Positions 20,916-30,110 of a stretch of DNA of 64,000 nucleotides are shown here, piece by piece; the first letter of the stretch is position 1; the number at the start of each line of letters is the position of its first letter. The stretch is taken from assembly GCA_963701965.1 (NCBI GenBank), contig OY969695.1, forward strand, positions 2,144,001-2,208,000, in the 5' to 3' direction. The translations under genes were made by a program, and so were the position numbers. Source of the stretch: an uncultured Gemmatimonadales bacterium (GTDB lineage: Bacteria > Gemmatimonadota > Gemmatimonadetes > Gemmatimonadales > Gemmatimonadaceae). Under the pieces are notes generated by a model. The model did no database searches and was not told the origin of the DNA. It was given only the letters and a program-made list of their open reading frames with translations.

Positions 20916-21320
20916 CTAGTGGGAAGTTCCCAGGTATTGCTCTTCGCTCACCTTCTCCAGCCAGTCGACCGCTTTGCCATCGAGCGCCTCTTGGATGGCG
21001 AAGTGGGTCATGGCGGTGGTCGGCGATGCTCCGTGCCAGTGGCGCTCACCGGGCGCGAACCAGACCACATCGCCGGGCCGGATCTCCTCGATCCGGCCGC
21101 CGTCGCGCTGGGCCAGGCCACTGCCCGCGGTGACGATGAGCACTTGGCCGAGCGGGTGCGTGTGCCACGCCGTGCGCGCGCCGGGCTCGAACGTGACGGC
21201 ATTGCCAGCGGCGCGCGCGGGAGCCTGGGCTCCGAATAACGGATCGATCCGCACCGTGCCGGTGAACCACTCGGCAGGACCTTTGCCTGATGGCTGCGAA
21301 CCGGACCGTTTGATCTCCAT
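20916..21320 (-). CDS. Cupin domain protein
   Basis: [18 protein letters not shown] and GERHWHGA. Confidence 0.9.
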   Translation of the reverse strand: MEIKRSGSQPSGKGPAEWFTGTVRIDPLFGAQAPARAAGNAVTFEPGARTAWHTHPLGQVLIVTAGSGLAQRDGGRIEEIRPGDVVWFAPGERHWHGASPTTAMTHFAIQEALDGKAVDWLEKVSEEQYLGTSH

Positions 21321-21332
21321 CAGAGAACTATA

Positions 21333-22097
21333 TCAGTACTCGTCGTGTCGGCGGAACCAGGGCCCGGTCTCGTTGCGTCCGAGCGGGGCACGGTCGAGCC
21401 ACTGGTACATACCCCAGAGCCCGTCGATCCCGCGCGCGTAGGCCGAATAGGTGTGATAGACGACGCCATCCTCGAGCGCGAACACGCTCACGCCGGGGGA
21501 TTCCCGCCGATACGTCGCCCAGTCGGTTCCCAGGTCCGCCGCGACTTTGGCCCAGGGGTTGTCTTTGGCCATCGCCAGGGATGGTCGCATGTCGATCGTC
21601 CGGAAGTTGTACTCGAGCGCGCCCGACTGCTGCTGCGCCTTGGTGTGCGCCGCCTGGAAGTCGAAGTTGAAGTCGCTGTCGCCCGAAGACGCCCAGGGGA
21701 AATGCCATCCCATCCGCTGTTTGTACGCCCGCAGCTTGGCGAGCGGAGCCCGCGACACCGCGCCGAGTGTGACGTCGTGGTGCGCGAGGTGGACGACAAA
21801 GCCGTCGAATCCGTCCGCGATCGATGAGCAGGATGGACATCCGGCGGTGTAGTCCCGACCGAACATGAAGTGGTAGATGAGAAGTTGCGACCGTCCCCGG
21901 AACAGGTCGGCGAGCGACGCCGGACCTTCGTCGGTGTCGAACCGATAGTCCTTCTCGACGCGCACCCAGGGCAGCTCCCGCCGCCGCTCGGCCAGGTCGT
22001 CACTGCGCCGTGTCAGATCCTTCTCGGCCTCGAGTAGCTCCAACCGGGCTGTCAGCCACTCTTCCCGGGTTCCCGTCCTATGGGTCATCTGGGTCAT
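21333..22097 (-). CDS. DUF899 family thioredoxin-like protein
   Basis: RRELPWV, YHFMFG, CPSC, HTYS, LDRAPLGRNE. Confidence 0.9.
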   Translation of the reverse strand: MTQMTHRTGTREEWLTARLELLEAEKDLTRRSDDLAERRRELPWVRVEKDYRFDTDEGPASLADLFRGRSQLLIYHFMFGRDYTAGCPSCSSIADGFDGFVVHLAHHDVTLGAVSRAPLAKLRAYKQRMGWHFPWASSGDSDFNFDFQAAHTKAQQQSGALEYNFRTIDMRPSLAMAKDNPWAKVAADLGTDWATYRRESPGVSVFALEDGVVYHTYSAYARGIDGLWGMYQWLDRAPLGRNETGPWFRRHDEY

Positions 22098-22119
22098 CGC
22101 TTTCTCCTCGTAGGGGTCG

Positions 22120-22145
22120 TATATTCAACCCATCGGTTGAATATA
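22120..22145. promoter_or_regulatory. Perfect inverted repeat operator (ArsR-family-like)
   Basis: TATATTCAACC-catc-GGTTGAATATA between divergent DUF899 and bla genes. Confidence 0.7.
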
Positions 22146-22178
22146 TAGTTCCCACGGGGCGCGCTAGATTCGAGCGCC

Positions 22179-23105
22179 ATGCGCCAGCTTATTCTTCCGT
22201 TCGCTCTGTGCGGTGCCCCCGCGCTCGCGCAACCCGCGCTGCAAGCGCGCGTCGCGAGCATCGCGGCGGACGCCCACGGCACCGTCTCTGTCGCGTGCCT
22301 GCTCCCAGGTACCGCGCTCAATTGCGATCTGCATCCGCACAACCATTCGCCGATGCAGTCGGTCTTCAAGTACCCGCTCGCGCTCACCGTTCTGCATCGC
22401 GCGGAAGCCGGCACGCTGCTGCCGGGTCAGCGTCCGGGCGAGGCGATCGCCGTCACCCTCGACCGGACCGTCCGCTTCTTGCCGGAAGACCGTCTTCCCG
22501 GCGCGTTCAGCCCGCTGCAGGATCGCTACCCAGACGCGAACGTCGACGTCCCGCTGCGCGAGCTCGTTCAACTCGCCGCCGGCGTCAGCGACAACGGGGC
22601 CACCGGGACGCTCCTGCGCGTGGTCGGCGGCCCAGCCGTTGTCGAGGCCTATATCCGCTCGCTGGGCGTCACGGAGTTCCAACTACAGGACGGCGAGCAC
22701 GTCCTCCAAAGCGATCCGACGGCGCAATACCGTAACTGGCTCGAGCCCGCCGCCGCTGTGCGTCTCCTCCAGCGCCTGGTCACGAATCCCCCGCTGTCGC
22801 CCGAGGCCAACGCCTTTCTCGTCGAGACGCTCACCGCTTCGGTCTCCGGTCCCCACCGTTTGCGGGCCGGACTGCCCGCGGGTACGGTGCTCGCCCACAA
22901 GACGGGGACGTCAGGGGAGCATCAGGGCAAGGCCGAAGCCACCAACGATATGGGCCTCATCACTCTGCCCGATGGTCGCCATCTCGCCGTCGCCGTCTTC
23001 GTGACCGACGCGCACGCCGACGAAGCCACGCGCGACCGTGTCATCGCCGAGATCGGCCGCGCGGTGTACGACGAGGCGCTACACACGCACGGATCTACGG
23101 AGTAG
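22179..23105 (+). CDS. bla: Class A beta-lactamase, subclass A2 (PER/VEB-like)
   Basis: Signal peptide; MQSVFK (SxxK), SDN, omega-loop E...QYRNW, HKTG. Confidence 0.88.
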   Translation: MRQLILPFALCGAPALAQPALQARVASIAADAHGTVSVACLLPGTALNCDLHPHNHSPMQSVFKYPLALTVLHRAEAGTLLPGQRPGEAIAVTLDRTVRFLPEDRLPGAFSPLQDRYPDANVDVPLRELVQLAAGVSDNGATGTLLRVVGGPAVVEAYIRSLGVTEFQLQDGEHVLQSDPTAQYRNWLEPAAAVRLLQRLVTNPPLSPEANAFLVETLTASVSGPHRLRAGLPAGTVLAHKTGTSGEHQGKAEATNDMGLITLPDGRHLAVAVFVTDAHADEATRDRVIAEIGRAVYDEALHTHGSTE

Positions 23106-23487
23106 CTGTGGCAAACGCGGTGTCGAAGATGACGTCATTCGTGGCGCCTTGAGCCACGGTCACTATTAGCCCCTGGCGACCGGGCGTGGCGCCGAGCGTC
23201 CACACCGTGCTGGCTTTGCCCGAGCTGTCAATGGTGACCGTTCCTGCGCTCACACTGCCGTCGGTCACCGGATTGAAAAGTGCAAAGAGGCCAACGGCCG
23301 GGTGACCGTTGGAGTCGACGGCTTGGATGACGATCGGTAACGCAAGCGCGGTACCGACTGTGCCCTGCTGCGAGTTGCCAGAGATGATAGTGACCTTGGC
23401 GAGTTGGCTCGGCTTCGCGGGCGCGCTGGAGTCGCTACACGCGAGTGCCACGGCCAACGCGACGATGAGGAGGAATGGGATGCGCAT
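23095..23487 (-). CDS. Lipoprotein with an Ig-like (Big_1-type) domain
   Basis: Lipobox LAC; SGNSQQGTVG...DSSGKASTVWTLG. Confidence 0.75.
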   Translation of the reverse strand: MRIPFLLIVALAVALACSDSSAPAKPSQLAKVTIISGNSQQGTVGTALALPIVIQAVDSNGHPAVGLFALFNPVTDGSVSAGTVTIDSSGKASTVWTLGATPGRQGLIVTVAQGATNDVIFDTAFATATP

Positions 23488-23613
23488 GTTGCCAATGATG
23501 CGCAGTGCGATACGAACCGCAAGAGCGCCGCTGGTTCGCCGTCGTAATTGGTATCGTCGAAACATCAGCGTTTGGATCTCCCGTTGGGAGTGTCCGGTCC
23601 TACTCTCATACTC

Positions 23614-24339
23614 ATGAGGTACGGCCGTATCGCGTTCGCGCTTGGTATTATCGCCTCGGGCGTCCTGAACATCGTCAACGGGGACTTCTCCGGCGCGTGG
23701 CTGCCCTCCTGGCTGCCGACGCACGGCGTGCTCGCCTATCTCTGTGGCGCGCTGATGGTGCTGGCCGGCCTCGGCCTGCTCGTCGAGCGCGCCGCCGCGG
23801 TGTCGGCGCGGGTCCTCTTCGTGTTCACGCTGCTCTGGCTGGTAGTGATCAACACGCCGAGGCTCTTCTCGATGGAGAACGTCTCGCTCAACTGGTTGGA
23901 CTGGGGTGAGATCGCCGTGATCGTCGCCGGCACGTTGGCCCTGGCGGCCACGAACGAGATGTCCGTTCGGGTCGCGCGGTATCTCTTCGGGATCGCCGTG
24001 ATCCCGATCGGGATCTCCCACTTCACCTTTCTGAGCTTCGCGACGCACATGGTCCCGGCCGCGCTGCCGTACCACGCGGGATGGGTGATCTTCACCGGCA
24101 TTGCGCACATCGCGGCCGCCGTCGCGATCGTCATCGGTGTCTATGCCCCTCTGGCGGCACTCCTTGAAGCGAGTATGATCACATCGTTCGCCCTGCTGGT
24201 GTGGGTGATGCCCATCATCGCTCAGCCAACCAAGGTGTCGCTGTGGTTTCCCGAAGTGCTAACTTTGGCCGTGGCTGGTGGCGCATGGGCGATCGCCAGC
24301 ACAATGCCTGTCAAATCCAAAACCCTGACGGTCCTATGA
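23614..24339 (+). CDS. DoxX-like integral membrane protein
   Basis: Multiple TM helices, two internal repeats, GISHF...MVP motif. Confidence 0.7.
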   Translation: MRYGRIAFALGIIASGVLNIVNGDFSGAWLPSWLPTHGVLAYLCGALMVLAGLGLLVERAAAVSARVLFVFTLLWLVVINTPRLFSMENVSLNWLDWGEIAVIVAGTLALAATNEMSVRVARYLFGIAVIPIGISHFTFLSFATHMVPAALPYHAGWVIFTGIAHIAAAVAIVIGVYAPLAALLEASMITSFALLVWVMPIIAQPTKVSLWFPEVLTLAVAGGAWAIASTMPVKSKTLTVL

Positions 24340-25682
24340 GACGCTTTGCTTCCGCATCCCTCGCATGCCTGATATCGGTGGCGATGTCGACTGCGCACGC
24401 CAATGGGGTCCAGAATTGCCACATCGGCGCCTATCGGCTGACCAACGGCACGCTGATCGACATCGATCCGGAGATGGGGATGGAGATGAGCGATACGCTG
24501 CGATGGATTCAGCTCAATGGGAAGACCGGCCAGATCCACGAGGGCGCGAACGGGAAATGGTCAGGGACCATCGGCTGGACGCATCACGACGACGGCACGG
24601 TCGTTTCGTTTTCCGCTTGTCCGGAGAGCCGCATTCAGTTCAATGGCATCTCGGGACAACGCATACCGTTCGCTGTCCAGAACACGACGTTCGAGAGTCG
24701 CGGCGTCAAGCTGGCCGGCCGCCTCGTCATGCCAACCGGCACGGACAAGGTGCCGGTGGTCGTTCTGCTCCACGGCTCGGACCCCGGCTCGGGTCTCGAT
24801 GGCTTCTTCCTGCAGCGCATGTTGCCCGCCCAGGGCGTGGGCGCGTTCGTATTCGACAAGCGCGGCACCGGAAAGTCCGGCGGCAAGTACACGCAGGATT
24901 ACGACGTATTGGCTGACGACGGCGTCGCCGCAATGCGCGAAGCGCGGCGTTTGGCCGGTGCGCGCGCGGGACGCGTCGGGTATCAAGGGGGCAGTCAGGC
25001 CGGATGGGTCGCCCCGCTCGCGGCGAGTCGCGCCCCGGTCGACTTTGTCGTCGCTGCCTACGGATTGGCCATCAACGTGATCGAAGAAGATCAACAATCG
25101 GTCGAGCTCCAATTGCGCGAAAAGGGATACTCCCCCTCCGATATTGCTGTCGCGCTCTCGGTCGCCAGTGCGGCGGAAGCGGTCTTCGAAAGCAATTTCG
25201 CGCAAGAGAAAATCGATCAGTTCAATGCGATACGGACCAAGTACCGCGGAGCGCGCTGGTATAAGGACCTGGAAGGCGACTATACCTGGATATTCTTACC
25301 CAAGTCGAAGGCCGAGCTCCGGGCGATGGCCCCCCAGTTCGATTGGCACGTTCCCTTTCGCTACGATCCCATGCCGGTCCTCCGGAACGCCACGGTGCCG
25401 GAGTTGTGGGTCCTCGGCGGGGAGGACTACGAAGCACCCAGCGCCGAGACGCGCCGGCGCTTGGAGTCCCTGATCGCTAATGGGCGGCCGTTCACCGTAG
25501 CCTACTATCCGCACGCCGACCACGTGATGATATCGTTCGAGAACGGCAAGGATGGGTCGCGCATCGGGACCGGGTTCGTGCCCGGTTTCTTCCAGATGAT
25601 CCGGGACTTTGCGGTCGACGGGCAGCTCCATGGAACGTATGGGGACGCCGAGCTCACCGCGCCGCACACGCGTCATTCGTAA
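24336..25682 (+). CDS. Secreted alpha/beta hydrolase (S9/S33-like)
   Basis: ATGA overlap; LHGS, FDKRGTG, GGSQAG nucleophile, ADH. Confidence 0.85.
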   Translation: MRRFASASLACLISVAMSTAHANGVQNCHIGAYRLTNGTLIDIDPEMGMEMSDTLRWIQLNGKTGQIHEGANGKWSGTIGWTHHDDGTVVSFSACPESRIQFNGISGQRIPFAVQNTTFESRGVKLAGRLVMPTGTDKVPVVVLLHGSDPGSGLDGFFLQRMLPAQGVGAFVFDKRGTGKSGGKYTQDYDVLADDGVAAMREARRLAGARAGRVGYQGGSQAGWVAPLAASRAPVDFVVAAYGLAINVIEEDQQSVELQLREKGYSPSDIAVALSVASAAEAVFESNFAQEKIDQFNAIRTKYRGARWYKDLEGDYTWIFLPKSKAELRAMAPQFDWHVPFRYDPMPVLRNATVPELWVLGGEDYEAPSAETRRRLESLIANGRPFTVAYYPHADHVMISFENGKDGSRIGTGFVPGFFQMIRDFAVDGQLHGTYGDAELTAPHTRHS

Positions 25683-25742
25683 TGGAGGGCGACGCGGGGG
25701 GCTAGCCGAGTCGGGTGCTTTGCTGTATGTACTCGCTCTACC

Positions 25743-27407
25743 ATGCGCAAATTTCTGCTGTGCGCGCTCCTCGCGACCCAGACTGTGAGCGCGCAGTCGA
25801 CGACCGCCGCCATCACCACGGCGGACCTTCAGCACCGTCTCGAGATCATCGCCGACGACTCGATGATGGGTCGGGAGTCGGGTAGCAAAGGCGATTTCCT
25901 GACCGCCGCGTACGTCGCCGCGGAGTTCCGGCGACTGGGACTGCGACCGGCCGGCGAAAATGGCACCTACTTCCAGACGGTGCCATTCTGGATCGCGGCG
26001 GTGGACACCACATCCCGACTCGCCGTCCAAGGCACGACGCTCCAGGTGGTGCGGGATTTCCTGCCATCGAACGTCCGGTCGCCCGCTCGCGCGCTCGACG
26101 GCGTGACGGTCATCTATGGGGGCAGTGTCACGGACAGCGCCGGGTGGATTCCGGCGGAACAGGCGGCGGGGAAAATCGTGCTGCTCGATGTCCCGCGCAC
26201 CGCCGTGCTGACCGGACGGACGCGGACACTTGCATTTTTCGGCCTGGGCGCCCTGCACCGCTGGCGGCCGGCTGCCGCCGTCGCCATCGCGTCGCTCGAC
26301 AAGCTGACCAGCGAGTCGTTCGCCCGGTTGCGCTGGGGCATACCGATCACCGACACGACGCGCGACACGTCGATCGCGCCATTGGTCCTGGTGACCCGAC
26401 ACGCCGCCGCGCTCCTCGCGGGCGCCGAGCCGTCGACGCTCAAACCGGGCGCCGTGGGGGCCCAGGTCAGCGGTCGATTCGACATCGCGCGGACACCGGT
26501 GCCGTTCCCCGCGCGCAACGTGGTCGCCGTGCTGGCCGGGAGCGATCCCAAGCTCCGCGGCGAGTACGTCTCGCTCACGGCACACAACGACCACGTGGGG
26601 TTCGACCACAGTCCCGTGGATCACGACTCGCTCCGCGCCTTCAATCGCGTGATCCGGCCGATGGGCGCCGACTCGCCGATGCGCGACCCGACCTCAGAGG
26701 AGTGGACGCGCATTCGGGCGATCATCGATAGTGCGCGACACCAGCATCCGCCGCGACCGGACTCGATCCGGAACGGCGCGGACAATGACGGCACCGGGAC
26801 GGTCGCGATCCTCGAGATCGCCGAAGCAATGGCGCGCGGCGGCCCGCACCCCAAGCGCTCGATACTGTTCGTCAGTCACACGGGCGAGGAAGCCGGCCTG
26901 CTCGGCTCCCGCTGGTTTACCGATCATCCGACGGTGCCGCTCGACTCCATCGTCGGGGAGATCGATCAGGACATGGTCGGCCGCGGCAAGACCACAGACT
27001 TTCCGCGGGGCGGCACGGGGGCGGGCGATCCGACGTATCTGGAAGTGGTCGGCGCCAAGCGACTCTCCCACCAGTTCGGCGACCTCTTGGAAGCCGCGAA
27101 TGCCCGCCAACCCGTCCCGTTCGTGTTCGACTACGAGTACGACGTGCCCGGGCATCCGCTACAGTACTACTGCCGGGCCGACCACTATAGTTACGCGCGA
27201 TACGGGATTCCGTCGGTGGCGCTCTCCCGCGGCGAGCACTTGGACTATCACCAGGTGACCGACGAAGAGCAGTACATCGACTACCCGGACCTGGCACGCG
27301 TGACGCGCATGGTGTACGACGCGGCAATGGCGCTAGCGAACGCGCCGACGCGACCGGCGCTCGATGCGCCAAAGCAAAAGGATCCGCACGCGCAGTGCGT
27401 TCAATGA
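25743..27407 (+). CDS. M28 family metallopeptidase
   Basis: AHNDH, NGADNDGTG, GEEAGLLGS, DMVGR, ADH, DYHQVTD. Confidence 0.9.
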   Translation: MRKFLLCALLATQTVSAQSTTAAITTADLQHRLEIIADDSMMGRESGSKGDFLTAAYVAAEFRRLGLRPAGENGTYFQTVPFWIAAVDTTSRLAVQGTTLQVVRDFLPSNVRSPARALDGVTVIYGGSVTDSAGWIPAEQAAGKIVLLDVPRTAVLTGRTRTLAFFGLGALHRWRPAAAVAIASLDKLTSESFARLRWGIPITDTTRDTSIAPLVLVTRHAAALLAGAEPSTLKPGAVGAQVSGRFDIARTPVPFPARNVVAVLAGSDPKLRGEYVSLTAHNDHVGFDHSPVDHDSLRAFNRVIRPMGADSPMRDPTSEEWTRIRAIIDSARHQHPPRPDSIRNGADNDGTGTVAILEIAEAMARGGPHPKRSILFVSHTGEEAGLLGSRWFTDHPTVPLDSIVGEIDQDMVGRGKTTDFPRGGTGAGDPTYLEVVGAKRLSHQFGDLLEAANARQPVPFVFDYEYDVPGHPLQYYCRADHYSYARYGIPSVALSRGEHLDYHQVTDEEQYIDYPDLARVTRMVYDAAMALANAPTRPALDAPKQKDPHAQCVQ

Positions 27408-27409
27408 TC

Positions 27410-27898
27410 CTACGTGGTCCCGTCACCCGCTGTGAGCTCAATGACATTCCCATTCAACCGCACGACTGCTGTGAACCAATAGTGCCCCGGCGATACGCCC
27501 GCGTTCTGCAGTTCCGCGGCCGAGATCTGGCCGGCAAAACGTGCGGTGGCGCCGGGGTCCAGACGAACGACGACGTCGGCCAATGGACATGTCTTGCTCC
27601 CCACGTGGTCGTAGACGGGTGATCCGGCGCGGTCCGGGGACTGATACGCGCGCATGAGCACGGCACAGCCGCCGACCAGTATGCTATCAGGCGCCGATGT
27701 GATGTTGAGCAGGGATACCGAGTCGGCCAAGACCAACGGTGATGGTGCCACGGTGATGGCGATTGACGAGTAGCGGATACCGTTCACCGTCACGGTGTTC
27801 TGGTCGCGATTGCCGGGCGCGGTCGTATCACCACACGCCGCGACCAGACTGGCAATGACCATCGTGGTGGTGCTACTGACGATTCGGAGTGGCCTCAT
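27410..27898 (-). CDS. Hypothetical lipoprotein
   Basis: Lipobox VAAC followed by a beta-rich domain with two Cys. Confidence 0.65.
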   Translation of the reverse strand: MRPLRIVSSTTTMVIASLVAACGDTTAPGNRDQNTVTVNGIRYSSIAITVAPSPLVLADSVSLLNITSAPDSILVGGCAVLMRAYQSPDRAGSPVYDHVGSKTCPLADVVVRLDPGATARFAGQISAAELQNAGVSPGHYWFTAVVRLNGNVIELTAGDGTT

Positions 27899-28123
27899 GG
27901 CGGCAGTCCTATTTGGTATTACGGAGAACGTCGTCCCTGGTGATTCTGACAGACCTTACCTACATGACCCGAGGGCTCGTGCCCGGGTCCCGCGATCATG
28001 GTGGTCGACCCCAAAACTTTCCAGAAGTGGCGTATCGCGGCCGGGTGGTGAACGGCGGCCGGCCGATCGCGTAACTTTCGTCCCGGCTCCGATGCGGTTC
28101 GGACCTTAACGAGGGAGAACCTG

Positions 28124-28732
28124 ATGCAGTTGGATCTTCGCGGGGTGGGAGCATTTCTCGCCGCGGCTTGCGTATTGGCGCCGGGGGCGCGCGCGCAGGC
28201 ACCGGCAGCAGAACCAGCGTCCGGTCCGGACGTTGGCGCCATGGCACCCGATTTTACGCTGCCGGGCGCGACGCGGTACGGTCTGCTCAAGGGGCAGGTG
28301 CACTTGAGCGACTATCGCGGGCAGACGGTCGTGTTGGCCTTCTTCTACAAGGCGCGGACCAAAGGCTGAACGATCCAAATGGAGGCGTACCGTGATCAGT
28401 ACGCCACGCTCTTTCACAACGGCCGCAAGGTTACCGTCATCGGCATCAGTGTCGATCCGGATACCACCCTGGCCGCCTGGGCACACGAATCGGATTTTCC
28501 GATCGTCTTCGCCAGCGACAGTGGCAGCGTCATCGGCAAGCAGTATGGCGCCTACGATGCCCAGTACAAAGTCGACAACCGATCGCTGTTCGTCGTAGGG
28601 CCGGACGGGAAGGTCACGTACGTGACGAAACCGTTCAAAGTGTTGGCACCCGCCGCGTACTCCGATTTGGCGAAGGCCATCGATAAAGTCACGCCGGCAC
28701 CACCCGCTTCGGCGAGCGCGTCGGGCGGGTAG
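28124..28732 (+). CDS. Exported peroxiredoxin (AhpC/TSA, BCP/AhpE-like) with in-frame UGA, probable selenocysteine at residue 82
   Basis: APDFTLP...LSDYRGQTVVLAFFYKARTKG-UGA-TIQM...VIGISVD...NRSLFVVGPDGKV in one frame; UGA at 28367-28369 occupies the TxxC position; GGGAG RBS and signal peptide. Confidence 0.85.
28384..28405 (+). other. Candidate bacterial SECIS hairpin
   Basis: GGCGTAC/GTACGCC 7-bp stem with 8-nt loop CGTGATCA (G at loop position 2); 21 nt between the UGA and the loop. Confidence 0.7.
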
Positions 28733-28737
28733 TTCGA

Positions 28738-29226
28738 CTACAACGCTTTCTTGATCGCGGCGTCAAGGTCCTGCGTGCCGCCGACTCCGGTATAGACCAC
28801 CTTACCGGCGCGATCAATGACGACGACGTACGACGTCGCGGGAGCATCATAGGCTCCCGCGGCGTTGCCGTCGGCGTCATACACGACCGGTTCCGGCATG
28901 TGATGCGCGGCGGCGTGCTTCTGCACCCTTTCGAAAGACTCGTTGATCGCTACCGCGACGGTGACAAAACGCACGCGTCCCGCGTATTTGGCCTGCGCGG
29001 CGGTCAGGGCGGGCTCGAGCTCCTTGCAGTTCGGGCACCAGGTCGCCCAGAACTCGACGAGCGTCGGTTCGGGGCCAACGAGGTGGGACAGGTCGACCGA
29101 TTTCCCATCCAACGATCGCACGAGGGCCGCCGGGGCCTTGGTCCCGAGCGCGATGCCGCCATCCTGCGCGTATACCGGCGCCGCCAGGAGAATGACGCCG
29201 GCCGTCATGAAGGTCGCAATGGACAT
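28738..29226 (-). CDS. TlpA/ResA-like thiol-disulfide oxidoreductase, exported
   Basis: Signal peptide (VYA-Q), EFWATWCPNC, cis-Pro region APATSYVVVIDRAGKV. Confidence 0.9.
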   Translation of the reverse strand: MSIATFMTAGVILLAAPVYAQDGGIALGTKAPAALVRSLDGKSVDLSHLVGPEPTLVEFWATWCPNCKELEPALTAAQAKYAGRVRFVTVAVAINESFERVQKHAAAHHMPEPVVYDADGNAAGAYDAPATSYVVVIDRAGKVVYTGVGGTQDLDAAIKKAL

Positions 29227-29234
29227 GGCAATCC

Positions 29235-29954
29235 TTAAATCAGTTGTTGGCCCGTCAGGATGAGATAGTACTCCGCGGCGCCGAGCATGATCAACGCGAA
29301 CGCGCGTTTGACCCACAGCATCCACGCGCCCGCGCGCGGGAGACGGGCCAGCGCGCCCGTCGAGAGACCGGCGACCACGAGGAACGTGCACATCCCGAGC
29401 GAGAAGACGAACAAGTAGATGAACCCCAGCACCGCGCTGTGCGTGGTACCGACCCACGTCAGGATGGCGGCCATGACCGGCGCCGAGCACGGCGCGGCCA
29501 CCAACCCCGACGCCGCGCCCATGACCAGCGCGCCAACCGCGCCGCCACCCCGTCCCGCGCCCACGGCGCGGGCCATCAGCGCTGACGGGATGGGGACAGG
29601 CATGACGTCCAGCATGACCAGGGCGAACACGATGAGGAGATTCGCCATCGCGAAGTACGCCCATGGATTCGAGCTGACGGATCCGAACAGCGTGCCCGTG
29701 AGGCCGGCCAGGAGGCCCAACGTCGCGTACACGAGCGCGAGCCCGAGGACGTAGCTCAACGTGAGCGCGAGGGGCCGCACCCGCGACCCGCCGGAGTCGC
29801 GCCCGACACTCTCGCCACCGACGATGGCCGCCGTGATGGGAATCATCGGGTAAATGCACGGCGTGAAGCTCGTGAGCACCCCGGCCCCGAAGACGAATGG
29901 CACCGCGGTCCAGGGGTGGGACGACAGCTGTGCCGCGAGTTGGGCGTGGTCCAT
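29235..29954 (-). CDS. ccdA: CcdA / DsbD transmembrane electron transporter
   Basis: GVLTSFTPCIYPMIP and AAPCSAPV; multiple TM helices; start MDHAQ. Confidence 0.9.
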   Translation of the reverse strand: MDHAQLAAQLSSHPWTAVPFVFGAGVLTSFTPCIYPMIPITAAIVGGESVGRDSGGSRVRPLALTLSYVLGLALVYATLGLLAGLTGTLFGSVSSNPWAYFAMANLLIVFALVMLDVMPVPIPSALMARAVGAGRGGGAVGALVMGAASGLVAAPCSAPVMAAILTWVGTTHSAVLGFIYLFVFSLGMCTFLVVAGLSTGALARLPRAGAWMLWVKRAFALIMLGAAEYYLILTGQQLI

Positions 29955-30073
29955 GGCAATGTAACATAAGGCATGGCCACGAGCGCATGTTTCGCTCACG
30001 GATCTCAACACCAGATCTGTGTTTCAGGGGTCGGCCGGCGATCCCCGAAATGCGCCGTGGCTGTTTGAGTAGC

Positions 30074-30110
30074 CAATGGGCTATTATAATCGTCAATTGG
30101 CTATTATAAT
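30074..30110 (+). promoter_or_regulatory. Tandem 17-bp direct repeat, each copy containing TATAAT
   Basis: CAATGGGCTATTATAAT (30074-30090) and CAATTGGCTATTATAAT (30094-30110); 7 nt before the ATG at 30118. Confidence 0.75.

Noticed and set aside
28379..28732. Separate 117-aa gene
   Set aside because: No upstream SD, only half a thioredoxin fold, and in frame with the upstream ORF across the UGA.
30008..30022. NrdR-box-like ACACCAGATCTGTGT
   Set aside because: One base short of the 16-bp dyad, single copy, and no ribonucleotide reductase gene nearby.
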